Positions 10,013-24,205 of a stretch of DNA of 64,000 bases are shown here, piece by piece. The translations under genes were made by a program, and so were the position numbers. Each line of letters begins with the position of its first letter. The stretch's first letter is position 1. A model generated the notes under the pieces. That model searched no databases. It worked only from the letters and a program-made list of their open reading frames with translations, and was not told the DNA's origin. This stretch comes from Auanema rhodensis (lineage: Eukaryota > Animalia > Nematoda), in assembly GCA_964057225.1 (NCBI GenBank), contig OZ059896.1, forward strand, positions 20,150,001 through 20,214,000. Direction: 5' to 3'.

Positions 10013-13000
10013 GATACAAAAATTAGTTATGATCGTTTGAAAAATGATGCATTAGTGTATGTTGAGTTTCCATGTACACTCAACATTGCTTCCAAAAACA
10101 TTTTGACAAAAATTTTTTCGAAAAATTTCAAAATAATTTAGCAAAAAGTATATGTTTTTAGATTCCATTTTTCAAGGCAAAGACGATGGACAATGTTATT
10201 CAACGAAAAAATTAATTCTTCAGGGTGAAAATCGAGGATATAAGTGTGAACTTATATCAGTTGATATCTCGGTGCATTTTTAAGCTAGCCCAAATCTGAT
10301 AACACAGATCGACGCAGCTTAAAAATCCGCATCGAATGCACTATACTACATTGAGAAACGCTTAATACAAAAATTAGTTATGATCGTTTGAAAAATGATG
10401 CATTAGTGTATGTTGAGTTTCCATGTACACTCAACATTGCTTCCAAAAACATTTTGACAAAAATTTTTTCGAAAAATTTCAAAATAATTTAGCAAAAAGT
10501 AGATGTTTTTAGATTCCTTTTTTCAAGGCAAAGACGATGGACAATGTTATTCAACGAAAAAATTATTCCTTCAGGGTGAAAATCGAGGATATAAGTGTGA
10601 ACTTATATCAGTTGATATCTCGGTGCATTTTTAAGCTAGCCCAAATCTGATAACAGAGATCGACGCAGCTTAAAAATCCGCATCGAATGCACTATACTAC
10701 ATTGAGAAACGCTTAATACAAGAATTAGTTATGATCGTTTGAAAAATGATGCATTAGTGTATGTTGAGTTTCCATGTACACTCAACATTGCTTCCAAAAA
10801 CATTTTGACAAAAATTTTTTCGAAAAATTTCAAAATAATTTAGCAAAAAGTAGATGTTTTTAGATTCCTTTATTCAAGGCAAAGACGATGGACAATGTTA
10901 TTCAACGAAAAAATTAATTCTTCAGGGTGAAAATCGAGGATATAAGTGTGAACTTATATCAGTTGATATCTCGGTGCATTTTTAAGCTAGCGCAAATCTG
11001 ATAACACAGATCGACGCAGCTTAAAAATCCGCATCGAATGCACTATACTACATTGAGAAACGCTTAATACAAAAATTAGTTATGATCGTTTGAAAAATGA
11101 TGCATTAGTGTATGTTGAGTTTCCATGTACACTCAACATTGCTTCCAAAAACATTTTGACAAAAATTTTTTCGAAAAATTTCAAAATAATTTAGCAAAAA
11201 GTAGATGTTTTTAGATTCCATTTTTCAAGGCAAAGACGATGGACAGTGTTATTCAACGAAAAAATTAATTCTTCAGGGTGAAAATCGAGGATATAAGTGT
11301 GAACTTATATCAGTTGATATCTCGGTGCATTTTTAAGCTAGCGCAAATCTGATAACACAGATCGACGCAGCTTAAAAATCCGCATCGAATGCACTATACT
11401 ACATTGAGAAACGCTTAATACAAAAATTAGTTATGATCGTTTGAAAAATGATGCATTAGTGTATGTTGAGTTTCCATGTACACTCAACATTGCTTCCAAA
11501 AACATTTTGACAAAAATTTTTTCGAAAAATTTCGAAATAATTTAGCAAAAAGTAGATGTTTTTAGATTCCTTTATTCAAGGCAAAGACGATGGACAATGT
11601 TATTCAACGAAAAAATTAATTCTTTAGGGTGAAAATCGAGGATATAAGTGTGAACTTATATCAGTTGATATCTTGGTGCATTTTTAAGCTAGCGCAAATC
11701 TGATAACACAGATCGACGCAGCTTAAAAATCCGCATCGAATGCACTATACTACATTGAGAAACGCTTAATACAAAAATTAGTTATGATCGTTTGAAAAAT
11801 GATGCATTAGTGTATGTTGAGTTTCCATGTACACTCAACATTGCTTCCAAAAACATTTTGACAAAAATTTTTTCGAAAAATTTCAAAATAATTTAGCAAA
11901 AAGTAGATGTTTTTAGATTCCTTTTTTCAAGGCAAAGACGATGGACAATGTTATTCAACGAAAAAATTATTCCTTCAGGGTGAAAATCGAGGATATAAGT
12001 GTGAACTTATATCAGTTGATATCTCGGTGCATTTTTAAGCTAGCGCAAATCTGATAACAGAGATCGACGCAGCTTAAAAATCCGCATCGAATGCACTATA
12101 CTACATTAAGAAACGCTTAATACAAAAATTAGTTATGATCGTTTGAAAAATGATGCATTAGTGTATGTTGAGTTTCCATGTACACTCAACATTGCTTCCA
12201 AAAACATTTTGACAAAAATTTTTTCGAAAAATTTCAAAATAATTTAGCAAAAAGTAGATGTTTTTAGATTCCATTTTTCAAGGCAACGACGATGGACAGT
12301 GTTATTCAACGAAAAAATTAATTCTTCAGGGTGAAAATCGAGGATATAAGTGTGAACTTATATCAGTTGATATCTCGGTGCATTTTTAAGCTAGCGCAAA
12401 TCTGATAACACAGATCGACGCAGCTTAAAAATGCGCATCGAATGCACTATACTACATTGAGAAACCCTTGATACAAAAATTAGTTATGATCGTTTGAAAA
12501 ATGATGCATTAGTGTATGTTGAGTTTCCATGTACACTCAACATTGCTTCCAAAAACATTTTGACAAAAATTTTTTCGAAAAATTTCAAAATAATTTAGCA
12601 AAAAGTAGATGTTTTTAGATTCCTTTTTTCAAGGCAAAGACGATGGACAATGTTATTCAACGAAAAAATTATTCCTTCAGGGTGAAAATCGAGGATATAA
12701 GTGTGAACTTATATCAGTTGATATCTCGGTGCATTTTCAAGCTAGCGCAAATCTGATAACAGAGATCGACGCAGCTTAAAAATCCGCATCGAATGCACTA
12801 TACTACATTAAGAAACGCTTAATACAAAAATTAGTTATGATCGTTTGAAAAATGATGCATTAGTGTATGTTGAGTTTCCATGTACACTCAACATTGCTTC
12901 CAAAAACATTTTGACAAAAATTTTTTCGAAAAATTTCAAAATAATTTAGCAAAAAGTAGATGTTTTTAGATTCCATTTTTCAAGGCAACGACGATGGACA

Positions 13001-16000
13001 GTGTTATTCAACGAAAAAATTAATTCTTCAGGGTGAAAATCGAGGATATAAGTGTGAACTTATATCAGTTGATATCTCGGTGCATTTTTAAGCTAGCGCA
13101 AATCTGATAACACAGATCGACGCAGCTTAAAAATGCGCATCGAATGCACTATACTACATTGAGAAACCCTTGATACAAAAATTAGTTATGATCGTTTGAA
13201 AAATGATGCATTAGTGTATGTTGAGTTTCCATGTACACTCAACATTGCTTCCAAAAACATTTTGACAAAAATTTTTTCGAAAAATTTCAAAATAATTTAG
13301 CAAAAAGTAGATGTTTTTAGATTCCATTTTTCAAGGCAAAGACGATGGACAATGTTATTCAACGAAAAAATTAATTCTTCAGGGTGAAAATCGAGGATAT
13401 AAGTGTGAACTTATATCAGTTGATATCTCGGTGCATTTTTAAGCTAGCGCAAATCTGATAACACAGATCGACGCAGCTTAAAAATCCGCATCGAATGCAC
13501 TATACTACATTGAGAAACGCTTAATACAAAAATTAGTTATGATCGTTTGAAAAATGATGCATTAGTGTATGTTGAGTTTCCATGTACACTCAACATTGCT
13601 TCCAAAAACATTTTGACAAAAATTTTTTCGAAAAATTTCAAAATAATTTAGCAAAAAGTAGATGTTTTTAGATTCCTTTTTTCAAGGCAAAGACGATGGA
13701 CAATGTTATTCAACGAAAAAATTATTCCTTCAGGGTGAAAATCGAGGATATAAGTGTGAACTTATATCAGTTGATATCTCGGTGCATTTTTAAGCTAGCG
13801 CAAATCTGATAACAGAGATCGACGCAGCTTAAAAATCCGCATCGAATGCACTATACTACATTGAGAAACGCTTAATACAAAAATTAGTTATGATCGTTTG
13901 AAAAATGATGCATTAGTGTATGTTGAGTTTCCATGTACACTCAACATTGCTTCCAAAAACATTTTGACAAAAATTTTTTCGAAAAATTTCAAATAAATTT
14001 AGCAAAATGTAGATGTTTTTAGATTCCTTTATTCAAGGCAAAGACGATGGACAATGTTATTCAACGAAAAAATTAATTCTTCAGGGTGAAAATCGAGGAT
14101 ATAAGTGTAAACTTATATCAGTTGATATCTCGGTGCATTTTTAAGCTAGCGCAAATCTGATAACACAGATCGACGCAGCTTAAAAATCCGCATCGAATGC
14201 ACTATACTACATTGAAAAACGCTTAATACAAAAATTAGTTATGATCGTTTGAAAAATGATGCATTAGTGTATGTTGAGTTTCCATGTACACTCAACATTG
14301 CTTCCAAAAACATTTTGACAAAAATTTTTTCGAAAAATTTCAAAATAATTTAGCAAAAAGTAGATGTTTTTAGATTCCTTTATTCAAGGCAAAGACGATG
14401 GACAATGTTATTCAACGAAAAAATTAATTCTTTAGGGTGAAAATCGAGGATATAAGTGTGAACTTATATCAGTTGATATCTTGGTGCATTTTTAAGCTAG
14501 CGCAAATCTGATAACACAGATCGACGCAGCTTAAAAATCCGCATCGAATGCACTATACTACATTGAAAAACGCTTAATACAAAAATTAGTTATGATCGTT
14601 TGAAAAATGATGCATTAGTGTATGTTGAGTTTCCATGTACACTCAACATTGCTTCCAAAAACATTTTGACAAAAATTTTTTCGAAAAATTTCGAAATAAT
14701 TTAGCAAAAAGTAGATGTTTTTAGATTCCTTTATTCAAGGCAAAGACGATGGACAATGTTATTCAACGAAAAAATTAATTCTTTAGGGTGAAAATCGAGG
14801 ATATAAGTGTGAACTTATATCAGTTGATATCTTGGTGCATTTTTAAGCTAGCGCAAATCTGATAACACAGATCGACGCAGCTTAAAAATCCGCATCGAAT
14901 GCACTATACTACATTGAAAAACGCTTAATACAAAAATTAGTTATGATCGTTTGAAAAATGATGCATTAGTGTATGTTGAGTTTCCATGTACACTCAACAT
15001 TGCTTCCAAAAACATTTTGACAAAAATTTTTTCGAAAAATTTCAAAATAATTTAGCAAAAAGTAGATGTTTTTAGATTCCATTTTTCAAGGCAAAGACGA
15101 TGGACAATGTTATTCAACGGAAGAATTATTTCTTCAGGGTGAAAATCGAGGATATAAGTGTGAACTTATATCAGTTGATATCTCGGTGCATTTTTAAGCT
15201 AGCGCAAATCTGATAACACAGATCGACGCAGCTTAAAAATCCGCATCGAATGCACTATACTACATTGAAAAACGCTTAATACAAAAATTAGTTATGATCG
15301 TTTGAAAAATGATGCATTAGTGTATGTTGAGTTTCCATGTACACTCAACATTGCTTCCAAAAACATTTTGACAAAAATTTTTTCGAAAAATTTCAGAATA
15401 ATTTAGCAAAAAGTAGATGTTTTTAGATTCCATTTTTCAAGGCAAAGACGATGGACAATGTTATTCAACGGAAGAATTATTTCTTCAGGGTGAAAATCGA
15501 GGATATAAGTGTGAACTTATATCAGTTGATATCTCGGTGCATTTTTAAGCTAGCGCAAATCTGATAACAGAGATCGACGCAGCTTAAAAATCCGCATCGA
15601 ATGCACTATACTACATTGAGAAACGCTTAATACAAAAATTAGTTATGATCGTTTGAAAAATGATGCATTAGTGTATGTTGAGTTTCCATGTACACTCAAC
15701 ATTGCTTCCAAAAACATTTTGACAAAAATTTTTTCGAAAAATTTCAAAATAATTTAGCAAAAAGTAGATGTTTTTAGATTCTATTTTTCAAGGCAAAGAC
15801 GATGGACAATGTTATTCAACGAAAAAATTAATTCTTCAGGGTGAAAATCGAGGATATAAGTGTGAACTTATATCAGTTGATATCTCGGTGCATTTTTAAG
15901 CTAGCGCAAATCTGATAACACAGATCGACGCAGCTTAAAAATCCGCATCGAATGCACTATGCTACATTGAAAAACGCTTAATACAAAAATTAGTTATGAT

Positions 16001-19000
16001 CGTTTGAAAAATGATGCATTAGTGTATGTTGAGTTTCCATGTACACTCAACATTGCTTCCAAAAACATTTTGACAAAAATTTTTTCGAAAAATTTCAAAA
16101 TAATTTAGCAAAAAGTAGATGTTTTTAGATTCCTTTATTCAAGGCAAAGACGATGGACAATGTTATTCAACGAAAAAATTATTTCTTTAGGGTGAAAATC
16201 GAGGATATAAGTGTGAACTTATATCAGTTGATATCTTGGTGCATTTTTAAGCTAGCGCAAATCTGATAACACAGATCGACGCAGCTTAAAAATCCGCATC
16301 GAATGCACTATACTACATTGAAAAACGCTTGATACAAAAATTAGTTATGATCGTTTGAAAAATGATGCATTAGTGTATGTTGAGTTTCCATGTACACTCA
16401 ACATTGCTTCCAAAAACATTTTGACAAAAATTTTTTCGAAAAATTTCGAAATAATTTAGCAAAAAGTAGATGTTTTTAGATTCCTTTATTCAAGGCAAAG
16501 ACGATGGACAATGTTATTCAACGAAAAAATTAATTCTTTAGGGTGAAAATCGAGGATATAAGTGTGAACTTATATCAGTTGATATCTTGGTGCATTTTTA
16601 AGCTAGCGCAAATCTGATAACACAGATCGACGCAGCTTAAAAATCCGCATCGAATGCACTATACTACATTGAAAAACGCTTAATACAAAAATTAGTTATG
16701 ATCGTTTGAAAAATGATGCATTAGTGTATGTTGAGTTTCCATGTACACTCAACATTGCTTCCAAAAACATTTTGACAAAAATTTTTTCGAAAACTTTCAA
16801 AATAATTTAGCAAAAAGTAGATGTTTTTAGATTCCATTTTTCAAGGCAAAGACGATGGACAATGTTATTCAACGGAAGAATTATTTCTTCAGGGTGAAAA
16901 TCGAGGATATAAGTGTGAACTTATATCAGTTGATATCTCGGTGCATTTTTAAGCTAGCGCAAATCTGATAACACAGATCGACGCAGCTTAAAAATGCGCA
17001 TCGAATGCACTATACTACATTGAGAAACGCTTGATACAAAAATTAGTTATGATCGTTTGAAAAATGATGCATTAGTGTATGTTGAGTTTCCATGTACACT
17101 CAACATTGCTTCCAAAAACATTTTGACAAAAATTTTTTCGAAAAATTTCAAAATAATTTAGCAAAAAGTAGATGTTTTTAGATTCCATTTTTCAAGGCAA
17201 AGACGATGGACAATGTTATTCAACGAAAAAATTAATTCTTCAGGGTGAAAATCGAGGATATAAGTGTGAACTTATATCAGTTGATATCTCGGTGCATTTT
17301 TAAGCTAGCGCAAATCTGATAACACAGATCGACGCAGCTTAAAAATCCGCATCGAATGCACTATACTACATTGAGAAACGCTTAATACAAAAATTAGTTA
17401 TGATCGTTTGAAAAATGATGCATTAGTGTATGTTGAGTTTCCATGTACACTCAACATTGCTTCCAAAAACATTTTGACAAAAATTTTTTCGAAAAATTTC
17501 AAAATAATTTAGCAAAAAGTAGATGTTTTTAGATTCCTTTTTTCAAGGCAAAGACGATGGACAATGTTATTCAACGAAAAAATTATTCCTTCAGGGTGAA
17601 AATCGAGGATATAAGTGTGAACTTATATCAGTTGATATCTCGGTGCATTTTTAAGCTAGCGCAAATCTGATAACAGAGATCGACGCAGCTTAAAAATCCG
17701 CATCGAATGCACTATACTACATTGAGAAACGCTTAATACAAAAATTAGTTATGATCGTTTGAAAAATGATGCATTAGTGTATGTTGAGTTTCCATGTACA
17801 CTCAACATTGCTTCCAAAAACATTTTGACAAAAATTTTTTCGAAAAATTTCAAAATAATTTAGCAAAAAGTAGATGTTTTTAGATTCCATTTTTCAAGGC
17901 AAAGACGATGGACAATGTTATTCAACGAAAAAATTAATTCTTCAGGGTGAAAATCGAAGATATAAGTGTGAACTTATATCAGTTGATATCTCGGTGCATT
18001 TTTAAGCTAGCGCAAATCTGATAACACAGATCGACGCAGCTTAAAAATCCGCATCGAATGCACTATACTACATTGAGAAACGCGTAATACAAAAATTAGT
18101 TATGATCGTTTGAAAAATGATGCATTAGTGTATGTTGAGTTTCCATGTACACTCAACATTGCTTCCAAAAACATTTTGACAAAAATTTTTTCGAAAAATT
18201 TCAAAATAATTTAGCAAAAAGTAGATGTTTTTAGATTCCTTTTTTCAAGGCAAAGACGATGGACAATGTTATTCAACGAAAAAATTATTCCTTCAGGGTG
18301 AAAATCGAGGATATAAGTGTGAACTTATATCAGTTGATATCTCGGTGCATTTTTAAGCTAGCGCAAATCTGATAACAGAGATCGACGCAGCTTAAAAATC
18401 CGCATCGAATGCACTATACTACATTGAGAAACGCTTAATACAAAAATTAGTTATGATCGTTTGAAAAATGATGCATTAGTGTATGTTGAGTTTCCATGTA
18501 CACTCAACATTGCTTCCAAAAACATTTTGACAAAAATTTTTTCGAAAAATTTCAAATAAATTTAGCAAAAAGTAGATGTTTTTAGATTCCTTTATTCAAG
18601 GCAAAGACGATGGACAATGTTATTCAACGAAAAAATTAATTCTTCAGGGTGAAAATCGAGGATATAAGTGTAAACTTATATCAGTTGATATCTCGGTGCA
18701 TTTTTAAGCTAGCGCAAATCTGATAACACAGATCGACGCAGCTTAAAAATCCGCATCGAATGCACTATACTACATTGAAAAACGCTTAATACAAAAATTA
18801 GTTATGATCGTTTGAAAAATGATGCATTAGTGTATGTTGAGTTTCCATGTACACTCAACATTGCTTCCAAAAACATTTTGACAAAAATTTTTTCGAAAAA
18901 TTTCAAAATAATTTAGCAAAAAGTAGATGTTTTTAGATTCCTTTATTCAAGGCAAAGACGATGGACAATGTTATTCAACGAAAAAATTAATTCTTTAGGG

Positions 19001-19643
19001 TGAAAATCGAGGATATAAGTGTGAACTTATATCAGTTGATATCTTGGTGCATTTTTAAGCTAGCGCAAATCTGATAACACAGATCGACGCAGCTTAAAAA
19101 TCCGCATCGAATGCACTATACTACATTGAAAAACGCTTAATACAAAAATTAGTTATGATCGTTTGAAAAATGATGCATTAGTGTATGTTGAGTTTCCATG
19201 TACACTCAACATTGCTTCCAAAAACATTTTGACAAAAATTTTTTCGAAAAATTTCGAAATAATTTAGCAAAAAGTAGATGTTTTTAGATTCCTTTATTCA
19301 AGGCAAAGACGATGGACAATGTTATTCAACGAAAAAATTAATTCTTTAGGGTGAAAATCGAGGATATAAGTGTGAACTTATATCAGTTGATATCTTGGTG
19401 CATTTTTAAGCTAGCGCAAATCTGATAACACAGATCGACGCAGCTTAAAAATCCGCATCGAATGCACTATACTACATTGAAAAACGCTTAATACAAAAAT
19501 TAGTTATGATCGTTTGAAAAATGATGCATTAGTGTATGTTGAGTTTCCATGTACACTCAACATTGCTTCCAAAAACATTTTGACAAAAATTTTTTCGAAA
19601 AATTTCAAAATAATTTAGCAAAAAGTAGATGTTTTTAGATTCC
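10013..19643. repeat. Copy 1 of ~9.6-kb (~28-monomer) segmental duplication
   Basis: Rare SNVs at 10151, 12108, 14008, 15396, 15782, 15961, 16794 and 17958 all recur exactly 13689 bp (39 x 351) downstream. Confidence 0.9.
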
Positions 19644-22600
19644 TTTATTCAAGGCAAAGACGATGGACAATGTTATTCAACGAAAAAATTAATTCTTTAG
19701 GGTGAAAATCGAGGATATAAGTGTGAACTTATATCAGTTGATATCTTGGTGCATTTTTAAGCTAGCGCAAATCTGATAACACAGATCGACGCAGCTTAAA
19801 AATCCGCATCGAATGCACTATACTACATTGAGAAACGCGTAATACAAAAATTAGTTATGATCGTTTGAAAAATGATGCATTAGTGTATGTTGAGTTTCCA
19901 TGTACACTCAACATTGCTTCCAAAAACATTTTGACAAAAATTTTTTCGAAAAATTTCAAAATAATTTAGCAAAAAGTAGATGTTTTTAGATTCCATTTTT
20001 CAAGGCAAAGACGATGGACAATGTTATTCAACGGAAGAATTATTTCTTCAGGGTGAAAATCGAGGATATAAGTGTGAACTTATATCAGTTGATATCTCGG
20101 TGCATTTTTAAGCTAGCGCAAATCTGATAACACAGATCGACGCAGCTTAAAAATCCGCATCGAATGCACTATACTACATTGAGAAACGCTTGATACAAAA
20201 ATTAGTTATGATCGTTTGAAAAATGATGCATTAGTGTATGTTGAGTTTCCATGTACACTCAACATTGCTTCCAAAAACATTTTGACAAAAATTTTTTCGA
20301 AAAATTTCAAAATAATTTAGCAAAAAGTATATGTTTTTAGATTCCATTTTTCAAGGCAAAGACGATGGACAATGTTATTCAACGAAAAAATTAATTCTTC
20401 AGGGTGAAAATCGAGGATATAAGTGTGAACTTATATCAGTTGATATCTCGGTGCATTTTTAAGCTAGCCCAAATCTGATAACACAGATCGACGCAGCTTA
20501 AAAATCCGCATCGAATGCACTATACTACATTGAGAAACGCTTAATACAAAAATTAGTTATGATCGTTTGAAAAATGATGCATTAGTGTATGTTGAGTTTC
20601 CATGTACACTCAACATTGCTTCCAAAAACATTTTGACAAAAATTTTTTCGAAAAATTTCAAAATAATTTAGCAAAAAGTAGATGTTTTTAGATTCCATTT
20701 TTCAAGGCAAAGACGATGGACAATGTTATTCAACGAAAAAATTAATTCTTCAGGGTGAAAATCGAGGATATAAGTGTGAACTTATATCAGTTGATATCTC
20801 GGTGCATTTTTAAGCTAGCGCAAATCTGATAACACAGATCGACGCAGCTTAAAAATCCGCATCGAATGCACTATACTACATTGAGAAACGCTTAATACAA
20901 AAATTAGTTATGATCGTTTGAAAAATGATGCATTAGTGTATGTTGAGTTTCCATGTACACTCAACATTGCTTCCAAAAACATTTTGACAAAAATTTTTTC
21001 GAAAAATTTCAAAATAATTTAGCAAAAAGTAGATGTTTTTAGATTCCTTTTTTCAAGGCAAAGACGATGGACAATGTTATTCAACGAAAAAATTATTCCT
21101 TCAGGGTGAAAATCGAGGATATAAGTGTGAACTTATATCAGTTGATATCTCGGTGCATTTTTAAGCTAGCGCAAATCTGATAACAGAGATCGACGCAGCT
21201 TAAAAATCCGCATCGAATGCACTATACTACATTGAGAAACGCTTAATACAAAAATTAGTTATGATCGTTTGAAAAATGATGCATTAGTGTATGTTGAGTT
21301 TCCATGTACACTCAACATTGCTTCCAAAAACATTTTGACAAAAATTTTTTCGAAAAATTTCAAAATAATTTAGCAAAAAGTAGATGTTTTTAGATTCCAT
21401 TTTTCAAGGCAAAGACGATGGACAATGTTATTCAACGAAAAAATTAATTCTTCAGGGTGAAAATCGAAGATATAAGTGTGAACTTATATCAGTTGATATC
21501 TCGGTGCATTTTTAAGCTAGCGCAAATCTGATAACACAGATCGACGCAGCTTAAAAATCCGCATCGAATGCACTATACTACATTGAGAAACGCGTAATAC
21601 AAAAATTAGTTATGATCGTTTGAAAAATGATGCATTAGTGTATGTTGAGTTTCCATGTACACTCAACATTGCTTCCAAAAACATTTTGACAAAAATTTTT
21701 TCGAAAAATTTCAAAATAATTTAGCAAAAAGTAGATGTTTTTAGATTCCTTTTTTCAAGGCAAAGACGATGGACAATGTTATTCAACGAAAAAATTATTC
21801 CTTCAGGGTGAAAATCGAGGATATAAGTGTGAACTTATATCAGTTGATATCTCGGTGCATTTTTAAGCTAGCGCAAATCTGATAACAGAGATCGACGCAG
21901 CTTAAAAATCCGCATCGAATGCACTATACTACATTGAGAAACGCTTAATACAAAAATTAGTTATGATCGTTTGAAAAATGATGCATTAGTGTATGTTGAG
22001 TTTCCATGTACACTCAACATTGCTTCCAAAAACATTTTGACAAAAATTTTTTCGAAAAATTTCAAATAAATTTAGCAAAAAGTAGATGTTTTTAGATTCC
22101 TTTATTCAAGGCAAAGACGATGGACAATGTTATTCAACGAAAAAATTAATTCTTCAGGGTGAAAATCGAGGATATAAGTGTAAACTTATATCAGTTGATA
22201 TCTCGGTGCATTTTTAAGCTAGCGCAAATCTGATAACACAGATCGACGCAGCTTAAAAATCCGCATCGAATGCACTATACTACATTGAAAAACGCTTAAT
22301 ACAAAAATTAGTTATGATCGTTTGAAAAATGATGCATTAGTGTATGTTGAGTTTCCATGTACACTCAACATTGCTTCCAAAAACATTTTGACAAAAATTT
22401 TTTCGAAAAATTTCAAAATAATTTAGCAAAAAGTAGATGTTTTTAGATTCCTTTATTCAAGGCAAAGACGATGGACAATGTTATTCAACGAAAAAATTAA
22501 TTCTTTAGGGTGAAAATCGAGGATATAAGTGTGAACTTATATCAGTTGATATCTTGGTGCATTTTTAAGCTAGCGCAAATCTGATAACACAGATCGACGC

Positions 22601-24205
22601 AGCTTAAAAATCCGCATCGAATGCACTATACTACATTGAAAAACGCTTAATACAAAAATTAGTTATGATCGTTTGAAAAATGATGCATTAGTGTATGTTG
22701 AGTTTCCATGTACACTCAACATTGCTTCCAAAAACATTTTGACAAAAATTTTTTCGAAAAATTTCGAAATAATTTAGCAAAAAGTAGATGTTTTTAGATT
22801 CCTTTATTCAAGGCAAAGACGATGGACAATGTTATTCAACGAAAAAATTAATTCTTTAGGGTGAAAATCGAGGATATAAGTGTGAACTTATATCAGTTGA
22901 TATCTTGGTGCATTTTTAAGCTAGCGCAAATCTGATAACACAGATCGACGCAGCTTAAAAATCCGCATCGAATGCACTATACTACATTGAAAAACGCTTA
23001 ATACAAAAATTAGTTATGATCGTTTGAAAAATGATGCATTAGTGTATGTTGAGTTTCCATGTACACTCAACATTGCTTCCAAAAACATTTTGACAAAAAT
23101 TTTTTCGAAAAATTTCAAAATAATTTAGCAAAAAGTAGATGTTTTTAGATTCCTTTATTCAAGGCAAAGACGATGGACAATGTTATTCAACGAAAAAATT
23201 AATTCTTTAGGGTGAAAATCGAGGATATAAGTGTGAACTTATATCAGTTGATATCTTGGTGCATTTTTAAGCTAGCGCAAATCTGATAACACAGATCGAC
23301 GCAGCTTAAAAATCCGCATCGAATGCACTATACTACATTGAGAAACGCGTAATACAAAAATTAGTTATGATCGTTTGAAAAATGATGCATTAGTGTATGT
23401 TGAGTTTCCATGTACACTCAACATTGCTTCCAAAAACATTTTGACAAAAATTTTTTCGAAAAATTTCAAAATAATTTAGCAAAAAGTAGATGTTTTTAGA
23501 TTCCATTTTTCAAGGCAAAGACGATGGACAATGTTATTCAACGGAAGAATTATTTCTTCAGGGTGAAAATCGAGGATATAAGTGTGAACTTATATCAGTT
23601 GATATCTCGGTGCATTTTTAAGCTAGCGCAAATCTGATAACACAGATCGACGCAGCTTAAAAATCCGCATCGAATGCACTATACTACATTGAGAAACGCT
23701 TGATACAAAAATTAGTTATGATCGTTTGAAAAATGATGCATTAGTGTATGTTGAGTTTCCATGTACACTCAACATTGCTTCCAAAAACATTTTGACAAAA
23801 ATTTTTTCGAAAAATTTCAAAATAATTTAGCAAAAAGTATATGTTTTTAGATTCCATTTTTCAAGGCAAAGACGATGGACAATGTTATTCAACGAAAAAA
23901 TTAATTCTTCAGGGTGAAAATCGAGGATATAAGTGTGAACTTATATCAGTTGATATCTCGGTGCATTTTTAAGCTAGCCCAAATCTGATAACACAGATCG
24001 ACGCAGCTTAAAAATCCGCATCGAATGCACTATACTACATTGAGAAACGCTTAATACAAAAATTAGTTATGATCGTTTGAAAAATGATGCATTAGTGTAT
24101 GTTGAGTTTCCATGTACACTCAACATTGCTTCCAAAAACATTTTGACAAAAATTTTTTCGAAAAATTTCAAAATAATTTAGCAAAAAGTAGATGTTTTTA
24201 GATTC
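17200..24205. repeat. Tandem duplication of a 10-monomer (3510-bp) block
   Basis: Marker pairs 17958/21468, 18084/21594, 18672/22182, 19839/23349, 20330/23840, 20469/23979. Confidence 0.88.
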
